NCBI RefSeq assembly: GCF_001194135.2
Contig: NC_068994.1
Coordinates: 38,634,725-38,698,724 of the forward strand
From: Octopus bimaculoides
Lineage: Eukaryota
Reading direction: 5' to 3'
Length of the DNA stretch: 64,000 nt
Below, piece after piece: positions 36,246 through 50,187 of the stretch (position 1 is the stretch's first letter; every line of letters starts with the position of its first letter). A program made the translations under genes and the position numbers. Below the pieces are notes generated by a model, which worked only from the letters and a program-made list of their open reading frames with translations, was not told the DNA's origin and made no database searches.

Positions 36246-37504
36246 AAATATAAGCAAACACTTTAGTCTTATTTTCTTAGACATGTAGTATCATGCATTA
36301 ATATCAATTTGACAGTACGTCATGTCAGTGTTTGTCTGACGTGACCAACAGTTTTGATATATTGTTTCATTTTTGATGTCTAGTGTTAGCTGGTAGCATA
36401 ACTAGAGCATGTGTTGCTCAGAGTAGTCTTTAGCTTGCTGTCCTTCTCTGTACCCTGTACAAGCTTATACAGTAAACCCCAAACTGTTCTCCAATAAAAG
36501 TGCATCCTCCTTATATATGCTACTGGTATTAGCAGCAAAATGTTAACAAAGTCAAGCCAAAGGAATCAGTACATAAAAAAAATTATATATATTGAGCAGT
36601 GGTTTGAGAAGGTACCTTAGAATGGATATTTTAAGTTAAATTAAAATCTGCAAGAAGATCTCCAGGAAAGTGGGCAGAAATTAGAAGGAAATGTAGTAAA
36701 AAAGACTTTGGTGATTTGCTGTTCTTCAGAAGACATGTCAAGCTAAGTGAAGTAGTAGTCATGGCCAGTGTTAGTTACATGTGAAAGGCACATGTTACAT
36801 GTGGTAACATGTGAATGACACCAGTGCCAGAAACATGTAAGAGGTACCCAGGCTGTTGATATGTAAAAGACACCCAGTACTCTGTGAAGTGGCTGGTATT
36901 AGGAAGGGCATTCAGCCGCAGAAACCAAGCCAAACAGACCGGAGACTGGTGTAGCTCTCTGGTTTATTGGCCTCAGTTAAACTTTGTTACTCATGCCAAC
37001 ATGGAAAATGGACATTGAGCGATGATGATGATGATGATAATGAATCTTAGTATTTCTTTTAGCCCCAGGTCAGTCTTGAAAGAGTAAATGAAAATCCATA
37101 GCTCCAATGATTGCATCACTTAAAGCTAAAGGATTGGATCACTCACTGAAGCACGTTTGTAGGCTTCCATTTTGTATAATCAAAGTCATTATGGCTGTGA
37201 CTAATCCATCTTTTTACTTTTTTCCAACCCACTGTATCTAAAACTACAATATCCCATGGGTTGTTCTTTTTCTAATACAGTGAGACAGGATTGAAAGAAG
37301 ATTCCATTGTCGTTTGGTGATTGGTAACAAATTAAGAGACCATGCAGGAGACCTCCTCCTTGAAGGCACCCTTGTGTGTCATTCAAATGATTCACTTAAG
37401 TTCTATGACTGGAGTCTGGTACAGCCTTCTAGCTTGCTAGTCCTCGTTAAACTGTCAAACAACCCATACCAGCATGGACAACAGATGTTAAATGAAGATG
37501 ATAT

Positions 37505-37736
37505 ATATATATATCATCATCATCGTTTAACGTCCGCTTTCCATGCTAGCATGGGTTGGACGATTTGACTGAGGACTGGTGAAACCGGATGGCAACACCA
37601 GGCTCCAGTCTGATTTGGCAGAGTTTCTACAGCTGGATGCCCTTCCTAACGCCAACCACTCAGAGAGTGTAGTGGGTGCTTTTACGTGTCACCCGCACAA
37701 AAACGGCCACGCTCGAAATGGTGTCTTTTATGTGCC
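37505..37736 (-). mobile_element. Family D element (young copy)
   Basis: Identical to 20262-20414 over about 150 bp; continues to ...CACGCTCGAAATGGTG before a gap. Confidence 0.88.
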
Positions 37737-38606
37737 NNNNNNNNNNNNNNNNNNNNNNNNNNNNNNNNNNNNNNNNNNNNNNNNNNNNNNNNNNNNNNNN
37801 NNNNNNNNNNNNNNNNNNNNNNNNNNNNNNNNNNNNNNNNNNNNNNNNNNNNNNNNNNNNNNNNNNNNNNNNNNNNNNNNNNNNNNNNNNNNNNNNNNNN
37901 NNNNNNNNNNNNNNNNNNNNNNNNNNNNNNNNNNNNNNNNNNNNNNNNNNNNNNNNNNNNNNNNNNNNNNNNNNNNNNNNNNNNNNNNNNNNNNNNNNNN
38001 NNNNNNNNNNNNNNNNNNNNNNNNNNNNNNNNNNNNNNNNNNNNNNNNNNNNNNNNNNNNNNNNNNNNNNNNNNNNNNNNNNNNNNNNNNNNNNNNNNNN
38101 NNNNNNNNNNNNNNNNNNNNNNNNNNNNNNNNNNNNNNNNNNNNNNNNNNNNNNNNNNNNNNNNNNNNNNNNNNNNNNNNNNNNNNNNNNNNNNNNNNNN
38201 NNNNNNNNNNNNNNNNNNNNNNNNNNNNNNNNNNNNNNNNNNNNNNNNNNNNNNNTACGCTTAATGGGAGAGATGTTTTAGTAGTTTCATGTGAATAAGT
38301 AGTTTTATGTATGCATACGTGCATGTATATGTTGTTTAATGTGTGTATGTAGTTTCATGTGTATGTGTGTGTGGTTTTATGCATAGAGATAATATTCTGT
38401 AAGCATGTTGTTTTGTGTATGTAGTTTTATGTAAGTATGTTTAGTTTCATATTTGTGTGTCTGTGTGCACAGTTGTGTACATGTTAGCAATTTCATGTAT
38501 TTGCATAATTTCATATGTTTTATGCATGTAGTTTCATGTTTGTTTTTAATTCCCTATGTGTATGTGTGAGTAGTTTCCTCTGTGTGAATGTGCATGTGTG
38601 CATGTG

Positions 38607-38640
<34 letters not shown>

Positions 38641-38789
38641 TGTATGTGTGTATATCTATATATTTTCATATATAGCTAATTTTAAGAGTGTGTGTATATG
38701 TAACCTCATGTGAGTAGTTTAATGCTTATGCTAGTAGTTTTGTGCAAATGTCTGCATGTGTGTAGTTTCATGTGTATCTGTATGTGTGC

Positions 38790-38829
<40 letters not shown>

Positions 38830-39025
38830 TTTCGTGTGTGATCACAATTTTATGTGTGTGTGTGTGTGCGTTTGTGTGTGCACATGTAGTTCCGTGTGAG
38901 TACTAACTTAATATGGGTGTAAGTGTGTTGCTGAATGTGACTATAGTTTGATGTGTGGTTGTGTAATTTAAAGTGTGAATGTATGTGTTTATGTGCATAT
39001 GTGTATGTGTGTGTGTGTGTGTGTG

Positions 39026-39093
<68 letters not shown>

Positions 39094-40109
39094 TATTCTT
39101 AACCAATTGCTCAGATGATATCACAATTTTTTTGTTTCTCTTTTTTTCATAGGAATTTAGATTTATATCATTTATTTGGGTGTTTATTTTGCATAACTGT
39201 AATTGAAAAAAAAAAAAAAATTAAAATAAGAAAATATTCTATAATTTTTATACATTTCATGATTTGTTTAAATTTTATATTTCATCCAGGACAAACTAAG
39301 GCCAATGATTACAGAAAATGAGCAAAACTACCGAAATAATTGCCTTCAAGAAGTTAAAAATAATTTTTGTTGTCAAAAAAAATCTTGCTAATAATGGTTG
39401 CAGTGATTACTTGTTGAAATGATGTCGGCGTCTGTCTGTACAGAAATGATATCTTTTCTTAGTAGCTTCATTTTATGCAAAAATGTGTGTAAATAAAATG
39501 AAAGATTATTAGTTTAACTCTTTTGCAATCAATGATATTGATACTTTGGAATGAGAAATTATTCACTCGACTACATGCATTAATGTACTTTTATTTTTGT
39601 TTTTGGTTCTTTTTTTTAATATTTTGTAATTTTTCCCATTTTCTTGCACCTTTTCTCCTCCAGAATATGAATTTTTTAATCCCATTTAATGTAATGTTAT
39701 CATCATCAACATCACCATCATCATCATCATCATCGTCATTGTTGCCATTGTCATCGTCATCATCATCATTATCATCATCATCATTATCATCATCATCATC
39801 ATTATCATCATCATCATTATCATCATCATCATCACAATTCAGTGTGTCTGTATTTCATGCAGGGATGTTGGGTTTGTCAGTTTGACAGGATATGACAGGT
39901 CAAATGGTTGTATCAATCTACAATGTCTGTTTTGGTGTGGTTTCTATATCTGGAAGCCCTCCTTTCCTAAAACTAAGCACTTTACTGAGTATACCAGGGA
40001 CGGGGGGGGGGGGGGGGTCTTTCTTTTTTTGTGTCGTCAGCACAAGTGAGTTCACATAGCAGCTGGCAAGGCAGAATCCCTTTTATATTCATAAAATGGA
40101 GTTATATCT

Positions 40110-40570
40110 AAAATAGATGTATGTGGGTTCTGTAAGAAGCTTGCTTCCCAAATACATGGTTTTAGGTTCAGTCTCACCATGTGGCACTTGAGGCAAGTGT
40201 CTTTTACTATAGCCTTGGGCCAACCAAAGTCTTGTGAGTGGATTTGGTAGATGGAAAGTGAACGAAACCCATCGTATATGTTTGTGTGTGTGTGTGTGCA
40301 TGTGTGTGTTGTGTGTCTTTGTGTCCCTGTTTGTTCTCCACTGTCAGTTGACAACCATTGCCAGTACTGCCTGACTTGCCTTCGTGCCGGTGGCATGTAA
40401 AAGCATCCACTATACTCTCGGAGTGGTTGGCGTTAGGAAGGGCATCCAGCTGTAGAAACTCTGCCAGATCAGATTGGAGCCTGGTGCAGCCATCTGGTTC
40501 ACCAGTCCTCAGTCAAATCGTCCTGCATGGAAAGCGGATGTTAAATGATGATGATGATGATGATGATGAT
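40110..40570 (+). mobile_element. SINE A 5' part followed by a family D element ending in (GAT)n
   Basis: Family A head to GACAACC at about 40350, then GGTGGCATGTAAAAGCA...GGAAAGCGGATGTTAAATGATGATG. Confidence 0.8.
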
Positions 40571-40849
40571 GAAGGCATGTCAAAAGGAAAGGCCTTAAAC
40601 AGATTGGTGCCAGTGTTGTCACAGATGTTGCTCTCAGAATCCAAAGGGCCAGAATAGATTTGCAAGGCATTTCTTTTATTGGCAATTTCAGAATAAAGGT
40701 AAAGTGGACATTGGCAGGATTTGAACTTAGAGCATAGAGAGTCAGAATAAAAACTGTGAAGTGTTAAATCCAACAATGTAACAACTCTACTATTTTGCCA
40801 GCTTTCTCTTTTTTTTTTTAACTTTCTTTTGTATGTTAATATAAAGCAC

Positions 40850-41400
40850 AGGTGTGGCTGTGTAGTAAGAATCTTGCTTCCCAATCACATGATTTCAGGT
40901 TTGGCTTAGTGGTTAGGGTGTCAGCATCATGATCGTAAGATTGTGGTTTCGATTCCTGGACTGAGCGACGCGTTGTGTTCTTGAGCAAAACACTTCATTT
41001 CGTGTTGCTCCAGTCCACTCAGTTGGCAAGAATGAGTAACGCTGTGATGGACTGGTGTCCCGTCCAGCTGGGGAACACATACGCCATTGAAACCGTGAAA
41101 GCGGGCCCATGAACATGGCTAGGCTTTAAAAGGGCACATTTCTCTATTTCCTACTGTGTGGCACCTTAGGCAAATGCCTTCCCGGGCTGATCAAGGCCTT
41201 ATGAGTAGATTTGGTAGATGAAAACTGAAAGAAGCCTGTCATGTGTGTGTGTGTGTGTATATATATGCATATATGTGTGTGTGTGTGCATGCATATCAGC
41301 ATGTGTGTACATGTATGTGTGTGTCTTTGTGCCAGAATTTGTTCCCTACCACTGCTTGACAACTAGTGTAGGTTTGTTTGAGTCTGTAACTTTTCTTAAA
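40850..41400 (+). mobile_element. SINE A with a nested family E SINE (about 40903-41140)
   Basis: The family A head breaks after CATGATTTCAGGTT; insert TGGCTTAGTGGTTAGGGTGTCAGCATCATGATCGTAAG...GGTTTCGATTCCTGG...AAAAGGGCACATTT; family A resumes at CTACTGTGTGGCACCTTAGGCAAATG. Confidence 0.8.
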
Positions 41401-43013
41401 AATGACCTTATTAAGAAACTTCAATTTATTGTTTACATTAGTTTACACTGAAACAGATAAATGGTGAGACACAAATACACATGCNNNNNNNNNNNNNNNN
41501 NNNNNNNNNNNNNNNNNNNNNNNNNNNNNNNNNNNNNNNNNNNNNNNNNNNNNNNNNNNNNNNNNNNNNNNNNNNNNNNNNNNNNNNNNNNNNNNNNNNN
41601 NNNNNNNNNNNNNNNNNNNNNNNNNNNNNNNNNNNNNNNNNNNNNNNNNNNNNNNNNNNNNNNNNNNNNNNNNNNNNNNNNNNNNNNNNNNNNNNNNNNN
41701 NNNNNNNNNNNNNNNNNNNNNNNNNNNNNNNNNNNNNNNNNNNNNNNNNNNNNNNNNNNNNNNNNNNNNNNNNNNNNNNNNNNNNNNNNNNNNNNNNNNN
41801 NNNNNNNNNNNNNNNNNNNNNNNNNNNNNNNNNNNNNNNNNNNNNNNNNNNNNNNNNNNNNNNNNNNNNNNNNNNNNNNNNNNNNNNNNNNNNNNNNNNN
41901 NNNNNNNNNNNNNNNNNNNNNNNNNNNNNNNNNNNNNNNNNNNNNNNNNNNNNNNNNNNNNNNNNNNNNNNNNNNNNNNNNNNNNNNNNNNNNNNNNNNN
42001 NNNNNNNNNNNNNNNNNNNNNNNNNNNNNNNNNNNNNNNNNNNNNNNNNNNNNNNNNNNNNNNNNNNNNNNNNNNNNNNNNNNNNNNNNNNNNNNNNNNN
42101 NNNNNNNNNNNNNNNNNNNNNNNNNNNNATATATATATATATATATACATATGTATTTATAGTTTAAAGATCCAATAGAGGTAAAATCAACAAAAAAAAA
42201 ATACTCCTTCAAGTGAGAGATAAATATCAATTTAAATGCATGACTAAAATAGCTACTAATAGTTTCATGCTTTTATGATACTTGAACATGTTTATATATT
42301 TATAAAATGCACCATGTATCTTAAAGCAATCATTTCAGACACTCATGAGGAATGATATTTGGATATATTTATATGACAGAAACATGTCATCTGGGTAGCC
42401 AAGGTGGGCAGACTAACATTATAAATATTGATTTCAAATTTCTGAACAAGGCCAGCAATTTTGTGGAAGAGGGTAAGTTGATTACATTGACACCAGTACT
42501 CAACTGGTACTTATTTTATTGACCCCGAAAATATAAAAGGCAAAGTCGACCTCAGCAAAATTTGAACTCAAAATGTGAAGACAGATAAAATACTGCTAAC
42601 AATTCTGCCAGCTTCCTGCCTTACTATCATTATAAAAATTAATTATTATATATAAAAAGTAAATGATTTCCATTTCATTGTAAAAATACTAATTTAATGC
42701 ATGGAATTCTGTGCATAGTTGAGTACATGCCTGCTATTTTGATCTTGAACAGGCATAGTATCTACTGCCTTTCAAGTTTAATCCAAACATTAACCAGTAA
42801 TGCTTTTAATTGCATGTGCCATAAGTTCATCACCATAATATATAATTTATAGTTGGAATTCAGTCAGAAATTAAACTGTTTTTTAAGTGTCATAACAGAG
42901 TGAGGGTATGTATATGAGAGTGTTACATTACATATTGTGTTTGCTTCTAATGCTTCAGCTACTTTTAAGAGATGATATTATAATTTTATGGGAGTTCATA
43001 AAAATAGTAATAA

Positions 43014-43055
<42 letters not shown>

Positions 43056-44220
43056 NNNNNNNNNNNNNNNNNNNNNNNNNNNNNNNNNNNNNNNNNNNNN
43101 NNNNNNNNNNNNNNNNNNNNNNNNNNNNNNNNNNNNNNNNNNNNNNNNNNNNNNNNNNNNNNNNNNNNNNNNNNNNNNNNNNNNNNNNNNNNNNNNNNNN
43201 NNNNNNNNNNNNNNNNNNNNNNNNNNNNNNNNNNNNNNNNNNNNNNNNNNNNNNNNNNNNNNNNNNNNNNNNNNNNNNNNNNNNNNNNNNNNNNNNNNNN
43301 NNNNNNNNNNNNNNNNNNNNNNNNNNNNNNNNNNNNNNNNNNNNNNNNNNNNNNNNNNNNNNNNNNNNNNNNNNNNNNNNNNNNNNNNNNNNNNNNNNNN
43401 NNNNNNNNNNNNNNNNNNNNNNNNNNNNNNNNNNNNNNNNNNNNNNNNNNNNNNNNNNNNNNNNNNNNNNNNNNNNNNNNNNNNNNNNNNNNNNNNNNNN
43501 NNNNNNNNNNNNNNNNNNNNNNNNNNNNNNNNNNNNNNNNNNNNNNNNNNNNNNNNNNNNNNNNNNNNNNNNNNNNNNNNNNNNNNNNNNNNNNNNNNNN
43601 NNNNNNNNNNNNNNNNNNNNNNNNNNNNNNNNNNNNNNNNNNNNNNNNNNNNNNNNNNNNNNNNNNNNNNNNNNNNNNNNNNNNNNNNNNNNNNNNNNNN
43701 NNNNNNNNNNNNNNNNNNNNNNNNNNNNNNNNNNNNNNNNNNNNNNNNNNNNNNNNNNNNNNNNNNNNNNNNNNNNNNNNNNNNNNNNNNNNNNNNNNNN
43801 NNNNNNNNNNNNNNNNNNNNNNNNNNNNNNNNNNNNNNNNNNNNNNNNNNNNNNNNNNNNNNNNNNNNNNNNNNNNNNNNNNNNNNNNNNNNNNNNNNNN
43901 NNNNNNNNNNNNNNNNNNNNNNNNNNNNNNNNNNNNNNNNNNNNNNNNNNNNNNNNNNNNNNNNNNNNNNNNNNNNNNNNNNNNNNNNNNNNNNNNNNNN
44001 ATATATATATATATATATATATATACATACATATATATATTTATATACATATTTATGTATATATAGATATACATATATATATACATATATATGTACATAT
44101 TTATGTATATATATGTATATATATATGCACACACATATATATGCATGCACGAATATATACATATACATATATAAAGATATACATATATACATATATATAT
44201 GATTATATATGGTATATATG

Positions 44221-44253
<33 letters not shown>

Positions 44254-45059
44254 TATATTTGCATGTACGTATGTATGATGCTTATCTATTAAATCTCTGG
44301 ATTTATGATCTTTAATCAACGTACACCTATTTTTTTAAATCTCATATTTAAATAACTCTTTATATATTTAATTAAAAAACACTATCTTAACATCTAGAGT
44401 TTCTCTGTGTGCGTGTGTGTGTGTGGCTGTGTAAATGCATGTGTGTACATATGTCGATGTAAATGTGTGAATGTGTATTTGTTTACATGTGTGCATGTGT
44501 GTATATGTGCTTCTGTATCTGTGTGTGCGTGCCTGCATTTTGTGATAGCGCTCCTGTCTCATTGCTAACAACAATGCAGTAAGGCTGTGAACAAACTAAC
44601 GGCAGAGCTTCTATGTAATTCGCTCATCCTACTCAGCAGCCTAAACTTCCTCAGCAGCCTCACTACTAATTTTAAGAATGGATCCATATGATACACGTGA
44701 TCAATTTTAAAACATCATGTGTTTCAATAAAGATAGGGGCTGATTACGGCTAGAATACTTTGCAGACGATGGCAGTAGCTATTGTCTGATACATCAGGCT
44801 TCATACATATGTTGTTGTTGTTTCTATTTTATAGCACTAGGTCATCCTTGATTGAGCTAACTTACAATTTATTACATTCCATTCCAACCATGACCACCCA
44901 GTCTCTGTTTCAGGAATAGTGTACCCTAGACTATATTATCTGTTGCATTCTCTAACTTTTTAAGACTGTAAGATATGGTTTGTGGAAAATTTGACTACTA
45001 TTTTTAGCTTGTTTGTTAGCCAGTTAGAGGCATTGTGTTTCATGATTGCTGAAAATGGA

Positions 45060-45370
45060 ATTTTTGTCCTAAGTATTTCACCAAATATCTCTATGCTACA
45101 GACCTACAATCTTTTGTGTGAAGGGTTTGACCAAAATGTTTGCCTTTAATGTTTAATTCAATACCTCTGCGCTACAGACCTACAATTTTTGATTCAGTTG
45201 TTTGATCTCTATACTGCAGGTATACAATTTTGGCTATAAGCATTTGAGCAAATACTGCAATGCTACAGGCCTAAAAGTTTTACTTTTTGTGTTTGACCAG
45301 ATATCTCTATGTTACAGGCCTACAACTTTATTCTTAAGTATTTGACCAAATACTTCAATGCCACTTTACC
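45060..45370. repeat. Degenerate ~50-55-bp tandem repeat (TTTGACCAAATATCTCTATGCTACAGGCCTACAA...), about 6 units
   Basis: Recurrent CTACAG(A/G)CCTACAA and TTTGACCA cores. Confidence 0.7.
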
Positions 45371-48300
45371 ATTTACAAAGTTGGTGAAATGGCAGAGTTG
45401 TTAGAGCACCAGATAGAACTCTTTGAATTATTTCTTCCAGCTCTTTGCACTCTGAGTTTGCATTTCAAATCTCTGAGTTCACCAAGGACAATTTTACTGT
45501 CATTCTTTTTGAAGCCACAAATGACCACCTAATCCAAGACAACAGTTTAAATGAATTGTAAGAGCTTTGAATATGCTATCTTCTGGTGATTGTTCCATCT
45601 GTTTGTATTCTGATGGCAACTTCTACTTCTTCACTGGTGCCAAGTTGTATCTATCATTGTTTTTCTTTTGGTCAATAATGATGGCCTGCAGTGGGGAGAC
45701 TTGGGAGCATGCACAACTGCTGATCTTTCAAATAATCCTTGCTCATGCCTGTTTTGTGAGAGGCAATTACTAGGTGCAGTAGTTCATAGGCTCATAAGAT
45801 AAGCAAATACCCTGAATATGGCTACTGGTGCTTTTCAACAATAGCTGTGAGCTGTTTATTTCTAGTTATACTCATATCCTTGTTTATCTCTGATTCATTT
45901 ACTACTGATCCAGGTAACATGGTATGCTCAATTGTGAACCTAATGCTTATCACAAATTGATTTGTGATAGCATGGGTCAATGATCAGTCAAAGATTCTGT
46001 TTGGATTGCAAAAGTATGCTCCATCAATCATCCACAATACTCAGGACAACTTGGAGTCTTGGAATGAAATCTGCTTCTCCTATATGGTCTATTATTTATT
46101 TATCAATAAGTCATTTAAAACCGTGTTTTTTTTAAACCTGTGGCAAAATGTGGATAGATGCAAACAATTTAACAATACAGATAAAAAAATGTGGCTTCGG
46201 GGGAAATTTTGTTGCCATTTTCTCTGGAAATTGCAGGTTTTGATTTTTATTTTTCTTGTTGTCAAAAATGGAAGGGGACAGCATTTTAAAAACTTGAGGT
46301 CTTAACTGAAACTTATTTCATTTTTTCTTTTTACATGTTTTAGGTCATTGAACAACAGCCTTGGGGTACTGCCTTGAAGGTTTTAGTGGAACAAATCAAC
46401 CCCAGTGCTTAATTTTTTAAAATTTGGTACTTATTCTATCAGTGTATTTTGCTGAAATGCTAAGTTATGGGAATGTGAACAAAATGACATCAATTATCAA
46501 ACTGTGGTGAGGGGAGACAAACTGAAACACACACACACACACACACACACATTACAGGTATCTACTTAGTTTCCATCTATCAAATTTATCCCCAAAGCAT
46601 TAATTGGCATGGAATTATTATAGAAAAACACTTTCCCAAAGTGTTGCACTGTGGGACTGAACTTAAAACTACATGGTTGCAAAGTGAGTTTCTTAACCAC
46701 ACAGCCATCCCTGCACCTAACACAAAATTTTCTTTCTAATGCCATGGATCTTTTCTGTTTTGAAATACAATCAATAAATATTTTGCATATGTAAACATAT
46801 TTTAATACAGGAACAATAGTAATAGATTTTCTTTAAAGAAGAAATACAAAATTTAGAGTGAGCTTTGAACTCATATTAATAAGTTCTATTTATGTAACCT
46901 CTTAAAGCTCTCAGTTTCACTATCATTCACTTGTAAATTTGGGAACTAGTTAAGTATTTCTAGTTTTAAATATATTTATTCAGTTTTATGTAGGAATCTA
47001 ATAAGCTCAGCAGGAAGAACAGCTGCAAATGAACATATCTCCATAAGAAATTATTTCATTTATAGAGATAAAAAAAATTGTGTTGTTGAGTTGTGGCTGA
47101 CTTCTACAAGTAGATGATGTTGTTGACGCTTAGTTTTACATTACTTCTGGTCAAACAAAACTATGATCAAAGGTCTTCCAGACATGACTTTCTTGCTTTT
47201 ATAAGAATATATAGGAATGTGTATCAATGTGCCTTCTTTTCCAAGACAGGAAAGTGTAACTTTTTTAGGAATATTTATGGCAGACGTTTCTAGCAGGACT
47301 GTTGACCAGAGAGAGGCATGCACAGTAGCTCAAGTGTCAACCTCATCAGTTCAATAATCATTAAAATTTTGGTGGTGACTTAAATGTCAGAATAGCACAA
47401 GTTGGCATTGAAGTGGAAATGAGATTACGAGAGGCTCATACTTTACTTACAGACATTAGTGGTACAGAAATCATCAAAACAGAGATGAAATTAAGCCAGA
47501 TATCAAATCACTAACCAATAGAGCATCATATTTTGTTGTTATAAATGTCATACTTCGCATTTGTAAGTGACAATTGAAATATTAAGCTAAATTTTGATTA
47601 AAAACTTAACATTGAGTTCTCTTACACAACAGCTCAAAAACTACAGAGGAATTTAAATAACATTGGAATTTATTAAGATGCTTATAACATATAAACAAAA
47701 ATTCTTATTGCAAGACATTTTAGTTTCCTTTTCCAAGAAAATTCATATGTAGTGAAATACATCTGTTATAACAAAAATTGAACTGCTATGCAATAATTGT
47801 AATACTTCATATGCAGTTTGTGATAATGCTGAATTCAGAGCTTTTAATAGCCCCAGGGAACTTATGCAATCTAAATGTTGAAGAAAATCATTTAACACCT
47901 ACACGAGAAACGTCAATAAATTTAAATATATTTGCTGCATGATTTCAATGTGAGCCACATATTGGGAAATTAAGATTAAAAACCTTACTGTTCGGTGCTG
48001 GAATAGAATATATTGGACTATTGCTGTACAGTAACATAATATAATGTAGTTCTGTACAACGAAAAATTTCTCTACTGCAACATAATATTTGCAACTGAAG
48101 AATAATAAATTATATTACATGAAACAATACAACATCAGAACATACCATATTACAACAATATGCTATATCCTTTCATAGGATGTTGTGTGTGAAACATTTA
48201 AATGAAATGCTATTTGATATCTTATAATGTTGCAGTGAAAACTATATAACATGTAATGTGAAACACATGTTTACAACATACACATGAAATATATATCATA

Positions 48301-49176
48301 TTATATCACCAAAGTGCTTGACATTATTCTAATACATGATAACATTTATGTTAACATGGAAGTAAAAAATATTATCTATCTATCTCTCTATCTATCTATC
48401 TATCTATCTATCGATCTATCTATATGTGTATTCATACATACATATGTGCATACATACTTACAGACACACACACTCATAGAGAGACACATACATACACACA
48501 CATGCATGCATATATACACATACATACATACATACATACATACATACATACATACATACATAAGTATGTATGAATGCACACACACACATGTGAAGACACA
48601 CATACACACACATATACACATACATTATAAACTATGCTTCCACGTATCATAAAGAGATATTAGGATAGAAGAAATATAATTATGTATTGTACTATAAAAC
48701 AAAACAAAAAAGAAAACAAAACATTACAATGAACTATAAAATGGCATATCATCACATGTGCAATGTTTTATGTCACAACCATATAATATTATATCAGGCA
48801 GTGCAATACAATGTGACATCGTGCTACCTCATATGAAGTATGCAGTAAGTGTCATAAAGCTTGAAGTAAATCTATGGGGAGACAAATTTTTGATAAGTGT
48901 CTTCATCCTAAGTCCAAGATAACAAGAGTTTGATAAGTTTATTTGCTGTGAGGAATTTGGAATCTAACATTTTCTGTCATAACCATCACCTTGCAATAAA
49001 TAAAAAAATTGTGGTGTCCCTTGAGCTGGATGGAAGTAAAAATCACTTAATTCCCTTTACTTGTTCATTTACTGTCTTTTGTGAGAGGCATTAACATTTT
49101 AATATCCCATTGCTCTTTAGAAAAAATGGGATATTAAAATTTGTATCCAGTCAAAATAAACATTACATTAGATAAG

Positions 49177-49207
<31 letters not shown>

Positions 49208-49211
<4 letters not shown>

Positions 49212-49712
49212 GTCGTCACATAAGTTCTGTCCGAATTTTGAATAAAGAAAACAAGTGATCAAATGTCATATTTAATTGAAATTTAATCATCAATGTACTT
49301 TCCCTGATTATCTATGACTTCCTTCCATCTATTTACAAGCTTTTTAATCCCATCAATGCAAAACTCCTTTGGTTTCAAAGTGAAGAACTCTGAAATGTCA
49401 GTTTCGACTTCCTCCTGGCTTGTGAAAGTTATGTCCCCCAAATGATTCTGTAAACTATGAAACAAATGGTAATCTGAAGAAGCAAGGTTGGGAGAATAGT
49501 GTGGATGAGGAATTTTTTCCTAACCAAGCTCTTCGATCTTCTGTGATGTGACCTTTGCAGTGTGGGGTCGCACATCGTCTTGATGAAACATCACTCCTTT
49601 TCGATTTACTAAAGCGAGTCTCTTTTCTTCAAAGCTTGGTTCAAATGCTCTAATTGCTGACAGTAGACTTGAGCATTGATTGTTACATTAGGTGGTAACA
49701 ATTCAAAGTGAA
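49208..49712 (-). mobile_element. Mariner (Mos1/Hsmar-like) 3' fragment with one TIR
   Basis: TA|TCAGGTCGTCACATAAG terminus; HFELLPPNVTINAQVYCQQL...FHQDDVRPHTAK...HPHYSPNLASSDYHLFHSLQNHL...GIKKLVNRWKEVIDNQGKYIDD*, with a frameshift and a stop. Confidence 0.9.
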
Positions 49713-49931
49713 CAAAGAAAAAGGCAAAAAACATGCATTTATATTACATATATATAAAATAATTGTTTATAGATCATCTTTGATCAAAGAGATCTATAAG
49801 CAAAGAATTTCCAGCTAAAGCTGTTTTGTACATTTAACACTACATTATCCTAACTGTTTTTGCTTCATTTTTAAAGATACAAAAAGGGATCTCTGGCAAC
49901 TAATTTCAGCAGGTTGAACAACCGACTAGAA

Positions 49932-50187
49932 CAGTGATTTTCAATGATTTTTTGCCTATAGACCCCTTTGATTCCCATTTTACTCAGGTGGACCCTCATA
50001 ACCAGTCATTGTTTAAAAAAAATCTTCAGAAATTTTTATAATAATTTATTATGAGGAATTGTATAAAAAAATTGTTAAAATAGTTTGTGTATTGTAGAAA
50101 TATAACAGATTTATTGCAGATAAATTTTAACAGCAAAATCTTAAATGAACTCTCAAGGGCCATATTGACCCTGGTTGAGAACCAATG
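49932..50187. mobile_element. Old hAT-type MITE
   Basis: Ends CAGTGATTTTCAA / GGTTGAGAACCAATG; flanks GACTAGAA / ATCTTGAA (5/8 match, decayed 8-bp TSD). Confidence 0.6.

Noticed and set aside
37201-37395. 64-aa minus-strand ORF and a plus-strand 43-nt exon candidate
   Set aside because: No homology recognised; embedded among SINE remnants; the plus candidate hits a stop in all frames
41433-44264. Very long ORFs of 230-437 aa
   Set aside because: Mostly X from assembly gaps plus (TA)n; no coding evidence. Same for gap-spanning ORFs at 5.5, 7.4, 13.8, 17.5, 21.5, 22.6, 37.6, 53.2, 55.8 and 62.1 kb
45550-46110. Possible decayed LINE RT segment on the minus strand
   Set aside because: Only faint similarity (EVEVAIR...PEDSI) among many stops; cannot be supported. 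Similar doubt for 50450-50900 and 63680-64000
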